From: Hyphochytrium catenoides
Lineage: Eukaryota; Protista; Hyphochytriomycota
Assembly (NCBI GenBank): GCA_900088475.1
Contig: FLMG01000335.1
Span: forward strand, 124,001 to 188,000
DNA length: 64,000 nucleotides
Direction of reading: 5' to 3'
The translations under genes and the position numbers were made by a program. The stretch's first letter is position 1, and every line of letters begins with the position of its first letter. Below the pieces are notes generated by a model. It was given only the letters and a program-made list of their open reading frames with translations. It was not told the origin of the DNA and did no database searches. Positions 1-13,830 of the stretch are shown here, in pieces.

Positions 1-3000
1 CCCAATCGTTTGAAGAATGTTCAGAGCTAGGGATGAAAGGACAGGAAAGGAAACTGTCCCCTCCGCCAACTCTATCAGAAGGTCCAACCCATGATAGAGC
101 AGTCTCCTGCTGTTCTTCTCATGCCCCACTACTGCGTTCATAAGGGTTGCAAGAGAAGCCTCTAACAGTTCTTCCGCTTTCTGTGATAATNNNNNNNNNN
201 NNNNNNNNNNNNNNNNNNNNNNNNNNNNNAGAACGATCTTAAAGTTCCAAAGGCAACACAGAAAATGCCAGTTAGTTTGATTAGCGACCCGATCGTCGAC
301 GAGCGGCGGGAAGGTAAATTGGTAAAGTGAGAGAAGACGATGGCAACCCCTCTCTATACCTTAATACTCTTGCTTAGTACTGATGTTGCTGGCCATTCTT
401 ACCTTTTTTTCGTCCTGGTATAGAACGGTCATTTCTATAAGAGCTTCCAGCCCATTCGCCCGTAGCAGTCGTCGCTATGGGAGGGTTTTGAGTTAGTCGA
501 GAAACATCAGCGCAAGATTTACAAGCGACAGAGAACATGAAAAGAAATAGTAATTGTTTTTAACTGACATAAAAGCATAAATGGAGGAGAAGTGAAGTGA
601 GAGAGCCACAGTGGTTGGGTTCCTGCCATCACTCATACAAACATTATGCTGGTGGTATGCTGGTGCAGACAATTGAAGAAGACGGATAGGACCTCAAACG
701 AGGCGCAACAAAGCAGGCAGTCGGAGTAACCTGTGCTGTATCATCTTGGCAGAGGAGCTCGGCCAGTGCCTCTATCGCGTACGCCACTACTGCTTTGTTG
801 TCTGTCTGGCAAAGTGCCAGCAGGCTTTCAGGCGTGGCTTCGCCCTGTTTCTCCTGCAATTGGCAAAGTAACGTGTCAAGATAAAGGGCGAGAAGAATAA
901 CACCAAATTCAATGCTACCTATGTCTATGGGACTAGAAGCACAGAGACCGAGCTAAACTCTACCATGTAATGTCCAAACAACAAGAAAGAACGTGTCTAC
1001 CTGCAGACCCTTCGCACTAGTAAGGTCCGACAAGACGGAAAGGACCTCCATTGCGTACTTCCTGACCGCCTCTTCCTGACTTTTCTGCAGACCAACGAGG
1101 ACCTCAATTCCATCACAAGCGACTATCTTCCTCTTGTTTTGATCTTGTACAGCTAGATTGAGAAGAGCGAGAAGTGCGAACTCTGCCTCCCCTTTTTCTT
1201 CCTCTTTCTGCACAGTGAGCTCGTCTTCAACCTGCGCATTGGTCCCTTTCTGTTCACGTCTCAATGTTGAAAGAAGTGCTTCTATCAGACCCATGTTGGC
1301 TAAGAGGGCAGCGTTCCCATCATCGTATGCCGCTGCTGCTATGGCCCTTATGCTGTGTACCCTTAGCTTCCTACTCAGCGTCTCATAGGGACGGACACGT
1401 AGAGACAGCAATTGCGAGCTAGATGGGATCGTGGGGGCTTCAGACCCGTGGACAGCTAAAGAAGCGCGGTGGTCCATAGAAGGATTGACCTTAGCTCCGC
1501 AAAGCGTAGCTAGACCCTCCAGTGCTCCTGGTATCGCTTTTAACGCTTTCCTATTCTCCTCGTTGTAGAAAAGAGCGTTGGCAAGGAGAATGGTTGCGTT
1601 TTCCTGAGCTTCCTCCCACCCTCTCTCTTCAGAATCAAACACGAAAGCAAGAATTTTAGGAAGAAAGATCCCTATCCTCTCCTGATTCTCGGTACTCCAG
1701 GCGAGATTAGATAATGCCCACAGTGCTGTGGTCACCATCTCCTTATCATTCTGAGCAGTCATGGACATCAGGCCCGAGACGGCGCCCTACATAATGCCAT
1801 GCGGAACAGTGATCAGCTAACGCATAATACGAAGTCGAGGGGATGACGAGGAATAGAATTCAGACGCACTGTGAGTTCCAAGTACCGCATAAAAGCCCAC
1901 CGCGGACGTAAGTAAACATTGAGGACACGAATAGTGTACGAAAGCCGGTGCTGGACAAGAGAAAGTGTGCACATCTCGTGAACTACCCAGGTAGCTAAAG
2001 ATCCGGACCAAGTTCTCTTAGAGGAAAGGACGCCAAGAATAGAACTCACATGATGTCCCATCTCGGACCTAAGTTTATCACTCTGCGCGATGTTACCCAG
2101 CATCAGTGCTGCATTCAATAAGACTGTCCTGTTTTTTGAGGCCAGTAGAAGGACGAACGGCCGTGACCCCTTCTCTTCTATTGCAGCCAGAACAGTGCTG
2201 CTATCATATTTGGTAGCGTTAGCAAGAGCCTCTGCTGCGTTTCCTTCTATCTCTTCGGCCCTTTTGTTATCACTTACGTCCACAACGCTTTCACCATGGC
2301 AGAGTTCTACCAGCGTGTATAGACCACCTTCTCTAGAAAGCAAAGAAGCATTTTTCTCATTCCTTGAGCAGAGGTTGGCCAACGCTGCAGTTGTTGCTTC
2401 AACGATATCAACGTCAACTTTTGGGCGGACCTGGTTCCTCTCACATTTTGCTCCGTCTCCTTGTTCGGACGAGTCACACTCCTTGGTGGACGAGGCATCT
2501 GCGATCGGCACAGGTGACACAGAAGCTGTGCGGGAGACATAGTTGTGTCTACATGTGGCAGCCTTCAGAATGTTGACAAGCTTCTGCACGCCTCCCAGCT
2601 TCCCTATGAGGTCCTGGTTGTACATATTTCTATGTGCGAGGTTGGCCAGGCAAATGATTGCATTCATAATGACTTCATGGTCTTCTTCCTCTCTCTCCAT
2701 GATGGAGAGTAGCCCTTCCACCGACCTTGAAATTCTCCCCATCATGGCACTGTTCCTCTCATGAAGGGAAAGAACTGAGAGTCCATAGGCGGCTGATCGA
2801 CGAACTTCCCAATCCTAGATGTTGGTCGTGGAGGCACCACCAGAACATCACCGAGGGGCCGTCCACCCAGACCCAAGAGAGTTCAGAACGGAAATCAAAG
2901 TGTCAGCAGGGTGCCCTGCTCCCCAAATAATGCTCCCAAATAACTTCTCGGACCTATCATCTTATTCTCATTAGCTACTCCCTTGGCTAGGTGCCCTCTA

Positions 3001-6000
3001 TTACCTTATTGCTGTCACAGGCCACCGAAAGTGAATTCCCTGTCCCATCCTCATGGGCAATCGTCGTCGGCTGTTATGTCTTACATTGAATGAGCACAAG
3101 TCCAGCAGTGTTCTGAGAGCGCCAGCTATCTGTCCCAAATGTTCCTGGTTCTTGATATTAGGGCCTTCATTTGACGAGAGCTGTCTGAGAGCGTAGTTTC
3201 TCCTTGCTCCTTGTGCCATCAGAGCCGCCGCTTCTTCCTCAGGATCGGGTCGTGCTTTCAGTTCTGGAATATCGTCAGGGTCCACATCCAAGGTTATAGG
3301 CTCCGGTGTGGAACAAAGAAAGGGTAGATTAGAATAGAGCTGAATTATGCGTTGTTGGACTATAAGAGCACCGACGCGGAAAGGATGAAGTCGGGAATTG
3401 CAGGACCTGACATGCAAGAACTAAACACTCTCTCCGGCCTCTGGTAATATATGGGTAATACTTGTCAGCCGAGAGATTCAGTCGTCAACGAGAAGGCTAC
3501 GCCAGATGCTTTTGCATCTCAGGCTCAGCTTTGATATCTTACATGTGTCACTCTCTTCATTGCAGCCTCGACTGCCGTCTTCACCCATTGGTCCCAAGTT
3601 GTGGCAGCCTTCCATCCCGCCAATCTTCGATCCAAGTTGCTGTTCCAGCCCACTTGACCGACGGCTCTTGCCGCCAACCGCTTCAGGTCAGTCCTCCCTG
3701 CTCCACAGAGGGCCGCTAAGACCTCTAGTCCGCCTGTAGCAGAATTGAAAAATATCAAGAAAAGGACGAGAGACGGTCATCAAGTGTAGGCGTCACGTGG
3801 CGACTGCCTGCCCGAGCACTAACAGTCTGTAAAGGGTGGAATGGGGCCTTCCAATTACATCAAAGTGCTCCGGTGGAACAGTTGAGGGCTAATAAAAAGC
3901 ACGCGGCAAAGAATTGAAATACGGCTCACCTAGTTCCCTGATCCCATCATTATATGCAGCGCTCGAGCCCGCAAGAACGGACAGCGCCTGCATGAAGAAC
4001 TGGAATAGAGCTTCGACATTTGTGAAAATGTGGTATGCGGTACACTTCTGCCGCCAGATCTCCCACTTCAACTCGTTCTTCTCTTTCTTGCTTTCCTCTT
4101 TCATTCTCTCCATCGTTCTATCTCTCTCTTTTATTTCTTCCTGGAGCTCTGTAATTCGCAACTTCATAGCCTCCGACCACATATCCAGGGTCTGGATCCT
4201 CTTCTCTGCTTCCGCCATTTTGCCATGCAAAGCATCAATTTCCTCTGCTTTCCTTCTCTCGAGTGACTGATAGGAACGCAGGAGCTCTTCCGATGCCAAC
4301 TATCAACAAAGCAGCAGGGAAGGTGTTGGTCACTAGAATAAAGCTTGTGTTGGAACCCCTTGTATACTTTCTAGCACCCATTCGTACCTTTTCCTTCTCC
4401 AGATCTTTTCTTACACTCTCCAACCAGACAGCGCGCCTCTCGTGGCTCTCTTTCATACTCTCAATTTCCGCTGTCAGTCTCTGTCTCTCCTTCTCTCGTT
4501 CATCTTTCTCTTCCTGACATTGTAGCGTAAGAGAGCAAATAGTTTCCTTGGCCTGTTCTTGCTGACGGTCAAGCTGAATCTGAGTCAGAGAGAAAGGGAG
4601 ATTAAGCGAAGAGAAGAGTGAGAGGCGTACAGAGGCTAATTGACGCAGATGTTAGAGTCACGTAGCCAAGGTGACATCTTCGAGTCTCCTTTGCTCAATT
4701 CGATGTAACAGTCATTACTTTCGCCCAGTTGCAATTCAGTACGCCTGTTTTCTCTCTCCTACTTTTAGCTCTCGCCCTGTGTGCGTCATACAATGCGGCG
4801 GCAACTCTTTTTTCCCATAGCCCAGCCATCTCGGGCTAATCGTAACCTTCTCTCTACCTGCAGAAAGGCGATGGCCTTCTCGGACGCTTCCTTGACCGCA
4901 ACAAGCTCCTGGTTCAAGACTGCATTCACCTTCTTGTGCTCTAGCATGGAGCAATGCATTGTAAGCCATAAGAGAGATGATTGGGAGTCGAGGAATGGGC
5001 GACAAGTAATACGAGGGTCATGAAACAGAAGGAAGAGTAGGGGTATAGCTTTGATGTCTTATCCAGCACAGCTCAAGCCTACCGACGCTCATATGTGACA
5101 AATTTTCATTGAGAACTTCTATCTGCGCTGTCAGCTCTTTCTCCTTCCTCAAGGACTCCATTTCCTTGTCTTCTTTTTCTTTCCTCTCATTCTCAATCTC
5201 CTCCTTTAACCTCTTTCTTTCAGCTTCTTGCAACCAAAGGTTAGAGGGAAGGCGGAAGCTTTGCAACTTTGATCTCCAGCGCTGCTCCCTGATAAGAGTA
5301 CCAGCAGAAAGGCAAGGATTAGAGATCATTGCCAATGGAGGTAACGCGAACAAAGAGCCTAAAGAGTGCCTTATAGTAGGAAGAGGGCCTGTATTTACCA
5401 GCAAAAAGAAAAAGAGCAGAGAGAGGCCAAACGTCACCGACCTCGCACTGCAGGTCTCCCGCAACCGAAACAGATCTTCAACTTTACTCCGCAGTGTTTG
5501 AGCAGCTGAAAGCAGAGTACTTGCAGAAGGGCCTATTTCTTTGGAGACATTGGAAGGAGAAGCGGGAGAAAGAGATCCGAAAGGAGACGATTGGGCAAGA
5601 GGTCGAAGGTCTCCTCTTCTCTCCTTTCTTGGCGCCGCAGCGTCAGCGAGGATTGCAAAATGCTCCTCCTGCTGCTTTCTCATTAGCTGTATTTGGCGTT
5701 TTCGTTCCTCCATCTGTAAGGTCTCTTCTTGAAGTCTTGTCACTCTGTCGGTATGTTTGTTAGGTGTTGTCTCACTTGATGCTCGTCAACAGGTAAGACT
5801 TCCTGGTAATCACACTAATTCTGTCCATCTCTTTCATCTGCGAAAGATTCCATAAGCCAGTTCCCCCATGTAACGGCTTCGCTCTTGCTTCAGTAAGACC
5901 CATCTCTATTGTTTGTCGCTATCACTAAAGAGTGTGAATAGAAGACAGGAACCTAAACTTTATATTTCCATTCATCACCGTCGCCTACCTACCGCGCAGT

Positions 6001-9000
6001 CTCGGTAACCAGCTGCTCTGCAAGCAGCTCGTCCCGTCTCTCTTTCTCCATGGCTAATGCTTTGAGAGTTTCTTCCAGCCTGACTTCTAGTCTTGAAAGA
6101 ATCTCCTTCGCTTTCTCCTACCACGGCATGGGCATTAGTTAAGACGAGAAGAGCCACTGAATGCAATGCAATGATGGAAAAGTCATGCAGACAAAAAGTA
6201 AGTAAGGTCTCGGCAGGTGAACCAATCAAGGCCAACAAAACCGAACGATTGCTAGTGTGCTTCGCCGGTTGCCCCTAGTCGTGATTGCCACCGATGGGCC
6301 GCCAGCGCTTCTCTTACGAATTAACCTCACGAGAAGGCTTACCTCCAACCTGTGCTGTTCCAGTCTATTCATAGCGCCTGAAGGCATCAGCCTTGCCTGA
6401 AGGATCTTTTCTCTTATATCTCTTTCTCTCTCTCTCTCTTGCTCCTCTCGCTCTTGTCCTCTGATATCTTCCAACTTCTGCTGTGCATGCTCGAGGTCAT
6501 CTTGAGCCTGAGCCTCCCATAGTTCCTTCCCAAACTACGGCAATGAAAGGGCAAGCGGCAGGATTCAGTTGCAAGAAAGATGTCAGCTTTGTGAGTCACC
6601 GTTTATTCTCACAACCGTCCCGAACACATTTGCTCTCTAATCGCCATAATAACCGCTCCTCAGCAAACATGGCATATCCTGTCCTAGACCTTCTTTCTCC
6701 CAGGCGAATACCTTAGAATTCCACTCAATCTCTGCGTTGATCCATTCTTGCTCTCGCACCATTAGCTGACGCTGTTGTTCAAGCGCTTTAGGATAGGAGA
6801 GCGTGAGAACAGGGCAAATGGAAGCACCCTAGAGGACAACAAGGGATACCAGGGAGAGTTGAAGTGGAGCCCTAAATGAGGTCAATAACAGAGTTCTGCC
6901 AAATGGAACACTGGTGTAGAGGGGCAAGCACTAGGAAGCTTCCTCTATAACCTTTGCCGGCAAAGCATGTACTTTTTGTTGCGTACCTTCCATTCTGAAG
7001 GCCAGATGAGAGAGCTTTCCCTCCGCTTCCTTATCTCGGTCTAATCTCTTTTGTTCCTCCACCCCCCACTCTTCCATCGCCACCTTGTACTGTCTCCTTT
7101 TTAGCTCCACCTCATCATCATGCGCCTGTCTTTCTCTCAGTATATCCTCTGTCTCCTTTTCAACTCTCGCCTTCTCAACCTCATACTCTTCCATCTTCTT
7201 CTGATAGTCGTCTGCAGATTGCGGGTTACCTGAAGCCCAAGAGGAGGACAAATCATGTTAATCAGACCTCAAAGAGCTACCTGCCCCCTTTTGAAAATCC
7301 CGAGGGTGCCCCTGCTCTCTTCTTAACAGTCTTCTGAGCAAATCTTATTTCCCTCCTCTGACATCACATTCCCGGTAGATAGTCTCCTTACCTTCTTCAA
7401 ATGTTGGCTTTTGTGGTATAGGAGGCAAAGGTCTCTCCTTAGGAGGGGGTATTGCCCGGAATGAGGGCTTTGGCAAAGATTTGGATAGAGAAATCTTGTG
7501 CATTAACGTCTGTTGCTGGACCAGTACATCCTAGCAATAAATAGGTTGTGCCACACGATCAGGGCGTCAGGCATGAGCCAGTCAGAGGATATTGGCGCAG
7601 AGGGTTCACGTTCACAGATGAAACAGAGCCGAAGGCCGTATCAAGTGGATTAAATTGACGGGAGCCATGGAAAGCAAAAAATGACATGACAATCGAGTAG
7701 ACATCGACTCTAAGAGGCCCAGCCAACCTACCTCCTTCCCAAGAAGAATATTTTCTATTATGGTGTCCAGTGCCTTCTTTCTTTCTAGAAACTCCTTTTC
7801 TATTTTCTCTTGAGTATCCCACACCTCCTTTGACATACTATCGCCCGTCTCTCTTAGTTGCTGAATCTGCTCATAAGAAAGAGGGGGGGGTGGGAGATTA
7901 GCGGATCAGTCAGATGGCGGCAGCGAACGGGCTGAGGATGGAGCAAGAGTGGATACCTCGTGAAGGAGTGCCTTTTGCTCCTTCGTGAACCGCGCCTCCC
8001 TAACCTTCTTGGTCTTGCCCAAAGGTTGGAAAACTATCTCTCCAGCCTCCTGCATTAACCTGGACAGCAGTAGCTCTAATGCACAGAAACCAAACGCGGA
8101 AATGTGTCAGAACAGTAAAACGTAGTGTGTGAAGAGACCTTAAGAGGAGCGAGTTGCAAGAGGTGGATGCAACCAGACTACAATGTGGTAGAGGAGCGGG
8201 GTGGGGGCATGTTGGAGACCAGTTAGAAAGAACTGCACTCTTTCTTTGGTGTCCTCCACCTTGTCTGTCACTTTGAATTTCTTCACCCCTATACCTGTGC
8301 TACTCCTTTCTTCCTCCAATGCCGAGAGCTTTCTGATAGTAACTTGTAGTTGCCTCTCCAGAGTGATCTGTCGCTCCTCGAAGTCCTTCAACTTTAGCGT
8401 TAGACGCCCAACTTTCAACTCATTCATCTGACGGCTAAAATGAGGAAGAAGGCGGTTAGAAGACGAAATAAGAATAGGGGTAGATCCTCTACTCTGAACA
8501 TCTACTCAACACGACATAAGAACGGCAATCTGTCTTCACAAGGGTGACACGCCATTTCGCCAAATTGCTATGATATGTCATGTATAGAGTCAACTGCCCG
8601 CTCTATGAACTGTACGTATACTCCTATCATTTGTCTCCACAGACTCCTTTCATTCGGCTCCACAAACACCTTTCTCCTGATGCAGTGAGTCCTATTGTAT
8701 GTTCTCCACCTCAAGCTCAGAGCATCGTCGAGCACTTCGGACTAAGAACTGCATACCTCTTGTCGCCGGATTTTGTCTCGTTTTCTCCAGTCTTCTTCAG
8801 GCTCTGGAGGTCATCGCTAAGCTTGGTTTTATGCTCTACTAGCTGCTGGAGATTCTTTTCTTGACTTTCTTTAGCGTTTGCCATCACCTCAATCTCTTCT
8901 TTGAGTGCTGCGAGGCGACGAGCCTGAGAAGACATCTCTTCATTCGTTACGCCTACCTCCTTTGCCTTCCTCTCACACTGCAACATCTCATGAGAGATAA

Positions 9001-11552
9001 GCCGCATGTCTTTTTGTAGTTGTTGGAGTCTTTTCTGGAGTTCCTTCTGCTGAGAGGTCTTATCCTCAAAGACCTTTCTAAGCTGTTGTATATCAAGACC
9101 CTCTTTCCCTTCCAATCCCTCTACCCATGAACCTTTATCACTAGCTGGGGTCATAACGCGCTCAGTTTGTGATGTCGGTGGCCGATCAAATGTGTTGGCT
9201 TCACTCCTCTCTCCTTTCTTTGTAGCCAGTAGCTCATTCTCATCGTGTTCCACCTCCTGGTTGGATAAGTTCTTAGCTTGACGAGCCTGTTCCCGAGAGG
9301 CCCCTCTACTCTTATTCCTTCCTTTGGAGGACTGCCGCTTTAAGGTCTGTAAGAAATCTTGAGGCTCCTCTGTGGCAGGGTTGACTTCCACGTTACTGTC
9401 TCTTTCACTCTGGAGAATATCGGCCTCTAGAAGAGGATAACTTACGGGTTCCAGGAGAGTATCCATGAAGTCCATCTTCGCAATGGCAAGAGCCTCAGAG
9501 ACAGCACTCTTTTTTCTCTCTCTAGTAGACGCTACCTCTCCGTCTACTATAACTTCTTTCCCTCCCCCGCTCGGCCGATTCGTTGAGTCCTGTGGCGTGT
9601 TGTTCTGTTTTGTCTCCTCTTCCCCGCTGTCTGGGTCAAGCTCTTTGCCGTCGGGCCCCCATCCGTCTCTCCAATCACCTTTGTCAAGATCCCAGCCCTC
9701 GGGTGGCTGATAATCCATAATGGCCGGCCGGGTCCACACGCTCTCCTCGGTGGTAGCATTTGAGTAGTACGTTCGCCCGTATTCATCCTGGACCATAGTC
9801 CACAATTCCCTTTCACCAAGTGACTGAGTGATGAGGGAGGCCGCTTCTTGGCGACGAAGCTTTCTCTCCGCCTCCTACATTGAGAGACAGGTGATTGTGT
9901 GAGAATGGATGAAGCAAATGCTCATGCCAATGAACCCTCACTAAGGACTGTATTTAGGGTTGGCAACAGCTTATGTGGCAGTTCTAGTTTTTGGAGAAAG
10001 TGCGGAATAAAGAAGCAAAGAAAAATAAACGGACGTTCATCGACGTAATCGTGTGGGATCGTAAGTGGTGCTCTTCCCTTCTCTCTCAGCATTTCACCAC
10101 TCGGGCATCCCATTACCTCTCGCTGCTTCTTTCTCTCAGCCTCCGAGGGCTCATAATAAGGCTTGAGTATGGTTGGAAGGATAACGCCTTCAGGCCACAA
10201 ACCTGTTACCCACTTCTTCTCATCGATTCTTTCTGCCTTCTCCCTGGCTAAGAGCTCTACAAGGGTACGGTTAGTGCGACATTCAGCTGTAAAAAAGAGA
10301 AGAAGTTTGGTTGGGGGTAGGGCCCGTGGATCCGACAAAGGAATAGCCAGGATTAGGTTAAGACTAACGTAGACAGCAACGTGGTAGACATACCAAATCC
10401 CTATACATGGACAATAAGTTGAGCGTGGACAGAAGTAGCATGGAAAATCAGTATCGGTACATATCTAGAACATCGAACCTTTGAGCTCATCTATCTCTTT
10501 CTGCAGTTGGGTTGATATGGCAATCGCGCCGTCGTCAATCTTGTTTTTGATGTCCTCTAGTTGTTTACGAGTCTCCGCTAAGTCACGAAGCACCTCTTCT
10601 CTCTCTTTTTGAAGCGTCTTGATTTTGTCCTCTTGCTGTCTCGTCTTACTCACAAGAAGGGAAACTCTCCCTCCTATTCCCTCAAGAAAACTGTGAATTT
10701 TTTGTATTTGCCCAATTCTTGTGAACAAAATCCCGGATTGCTGTTCCACTGCGAGCATCTGCCGCGAGAGTTCCCTTTCGTGCTTTTCCACAAGCTGGCA
10801 TGATTGAGATAGGAAAGGGACGAGGATTGGGAAGCGTCAGAAGAAAAGTGCTTGGTGGATGCGGGATTAGATGGCTTAAAGTAGTCACGTTACAATCAGA
10901 AAGTACTTCAACGAGGAACGAAGAAGAGGCATAAGGAAGAGAGTGGAATGCATGAGGAAGAGAGACAGAAAAAAAGGAAAAAGATGCGGAGGGGGAAAGA
11001 AGCGAGAGCCAATGTGAGAGCCCACGGAGGTTGAAGTTGGTGCTTAGAAAAAGAGTAAGGTGCGGGTAATGAGGCAATAACGTGTGCATTGAAGACAGCA
11101 ATAACGTGTACTATTAAGACAGCTTTGTGACAGATATATTTCATTGGACGTCAAGAAGAGGGAAGCCGCGCAAACCGTTTTGAGAAGCTTCTCGCTCTCC
11201 GAGAACTCATTATTGACTTGATCAATACGGCGTGTGGCCTCCAACTCTTTCTGTTTTGCCTCATGTCTCTTTGCCTGAAAATAGAGCCGATCATCCGAGG
11301 CTGCCGCGGACAGTTCACTGCTGAAGGGAAGTGTTGTTTACCTTGGCCGCGTTCTCACTAACTTGAGCTTTCCGTAGTTCCGCTTCAGTATTTGTAAGCT
11401 TTTTTTGAAGCTTCTGGAGCTCCTTGCGAAGGCTCTCGACATCTGGAGGACCCATGATAAGTCATCCCAAATCTGGTTGGGACCTGATGCTCCTTACCTT
11501 CATTGCCCTTGGCGACAGGACTGCTCTTTTCTAAAGAAGCGAATGGATCCAT
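1..11552 (-). CDS. Very large multi-exon protein: coiled coils + WW domain + C-terminal armadillo repeats (3' end beyond window)
   Basis: Probable start MDPFASLEKSSPVAKGNE|DVESLRKELQKLQ (ATG 11552, GT-AG phase 1). WW motif WTMVQDEYGRTYYSNATTEESVWTRP at ~9725-9805. Many heptad-rich exons. ARM repeats at 1-3760 (NAIICLANLA, ATTAALANL, TALWALSNLA, ALLALLNLAV). Not every junction was verified, so it could be two genes. Confidence 0.7.
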
Positions 11553-12916
11553 CCTCAGCCTACTTGAATGGACCAGAGGATGTAAAAGAACCACTTGGGA
11601 CTACATTGAAGAGCAGTTGTCACGGCTTCTGGCAGCAACAGATGGCGTTGACAATTGAGGCCCCGCTGCTTCTACTGAGTCCAAAGGGGCGAATCTCTGC
11701 ATGACAGGTCATCATCCCTTGACATAGTCCCACTTCAATGTCGCCAGCTCGAGTAAGAAGGACCCATACTGCATTATTGTTTCGTGGCCCTCGTCTGGAA
11801 TGGCTGGGGCCATCGCCCCTGTTATCCCCATGACCACAATTGCAAATGAACCCTAGAGAAGAAGAAGAGAGCCAGGAAGCTGTGCCTCATCAAGCATACC
11901 GTTATCAGCCAAGCTCCTGGAAGCCAAAAGTGAGCTTCGTCTAAGCGTCAGAGACTTACTCGTACCTGTAGAAAGAGACATCGTGGGAAGAGAGAGAGAG
12001 AGAGGGAGAGACTCACTTGCGCGGATTGAGGAGGGAAGAAGAGCGGCAGAGAAGCGATAGATCTCTGTAAGCAAGCAACCGCAGTAACGCTTCGCACTCA
12101 ATATCAAAAAAGAATCACGTTTGATATCTGTACAGTAACCATTACCTGATGATTCTGATATGCATCAGTTTGGTAACTAATGTGGCGTGTTACTTGATAC
12201 CTGAGACGCACACAGTTCTGATAAATCACACCGAAAGTGTCAGTAATCAGTGAGACATTTCCCAATAGCCGCCCACCCACGCCACCATTTATAACCTATG
12301 CGAACTGTGAAATGTCAGTTCACTTGTCCTTCCCCACCCACGGATGTGGAGGACTGGGCAATTGAGCGAAGCTTTTTGCCTCACGCCTATGCCACTGAAT
12401 GGAAATTAGTGGCGGTGGCGGTGTTCCCACCACCATCGAAGCCGCTGCTGCCTTCATCTCTCTCTCACACTCTGTCTCGGCGTTGGGATCCCTCTTTCTC
12501 GAACTCTGTCTCTTCCGTTAACCCCATTCGGCTTACTGACTGTGTATCTATCTCGTTCATGTATTGTACTCTTTTTCATTCTCTCTCACCACTCTTTGAC
12601 GCTCGCGCCAATCTTTCTCGCGCTTCGAGCGCCAAGTGCTCTGCTCTCCTTTTCCTCTTGGAACCTGGAAAAGTGCACCCGCAGATTCAGCGCTGCTTTC
12701 ACTTTTCGATACTTATTCACAAGCACCCGGCACCCTCCATCACTCTGATTGGAACTCCATAAACAACTCCAATAGGTAAGAGATTCAGGTCGAGTGTGGT
12801 GTCTGCGTCTGTGACATCCTTCCGTAGTGAAAGCCATTGAAAGTGCTTAAGTTTGCCTTTGGAACCGCGATTAAAGTCTGGGCAAGGGGCTCATTGTAAG
12901 TGTGCTTATAGGAACC

Positions 12917-13566
12917 ATGGCTGAAGCTGGAAAGACCCTCGATGACTATGACTTCACTAAGGGAGAAGCCGGTGCCTCCCACACCTACCCTAAGGAAGCT
13001 GGCCAGATCAAGAAGGGAGAGCACATCATGATCAAGGACCGCCCTTGCAAGGTAATGTTTAGACGGTAATCCTTTCCATGCCGGAGGCTTTTTTAACATT
13101 GTACTGGCTCTTGTTCCACCTTAGGTCGTCAACGTGTCTACCTCTAAGACTGGAAAGCACGGTCATGCTAAGTGCAACTTCACCGCTCTTGATATCTTCA
13201 CCAACAAGAAGATGGAGGATGTCATCCCATCTACCCACACCACCAGCGTCCCTCACGTATCCCGCGCTGAGTATACGGTAAGTCTTCTTCTCGACACCCT
13301 CACATGCCTTATGTAAGAGCCATTTCTGACCATATCGTTTGTTTTCTCTCTAGCTTCTTGACATCTCTGATGATGACTTCATCACTATCATGGACGACGG
13401 CGGTGACACCCGTGATGACTTGAAGCTCCCAACCATTCCTGATGAGCTTGCTGGCCAGATCCGTGCTGCCTTTGGCGAAGGCAAGGAACTTATTCTCAGC
13501 ATTCTGAGCGCTTGCGGCCACGAGCAGGTTATTGCCTTCAAGGAAGCCCAGAACACCGACAAATAA
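12917..13566 (+). CDS. eIF5A: Eukaryotic translation initiation factor 5A (3 coding exons, plus a 5'UTR intron ~12776-12911)
   Basis: MAEAGKTLDDYDFTKGEAGASHTYP...RPCK|VVNVSTSKTGKHGHAKCNFTALDIF...; contains the hypusine motif STSKTGKHGHAK; canonical GT-AG introns. Confidence 0.97.
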
Positions 13567-13830
13567 GCACATGTTATGATATCTCAATAATTTAGATTGA
13601 TGTCGTTAGGGTTGGAAGATTAATCAATGACATCAGGAGTTCCTATCGTGGTGGAAATGGTAGTGTTACACTTCTCCTCACTCTCCTTTGTTAAGCCACT
13701 CTAAATAACCACCAGGGACCAGTAGCTTTCTCTCAGATACCATGAGCGTTGCGTGAACAATCCTCTTGTATTGCTCTTGCGACTCGACATTCTCCATAAC
13801 GGGACGCAGCTACTTCCTGGACCGTTCTAG

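Noticed and set aside
12146-12206. Box C/D snoRNA candidate (TGATGA...CTGA)
   Set aside because: No terminal stem, short, and no recognisable rRNA guide; it may just be a cluster of TGATA motifs in a divergent promoter.
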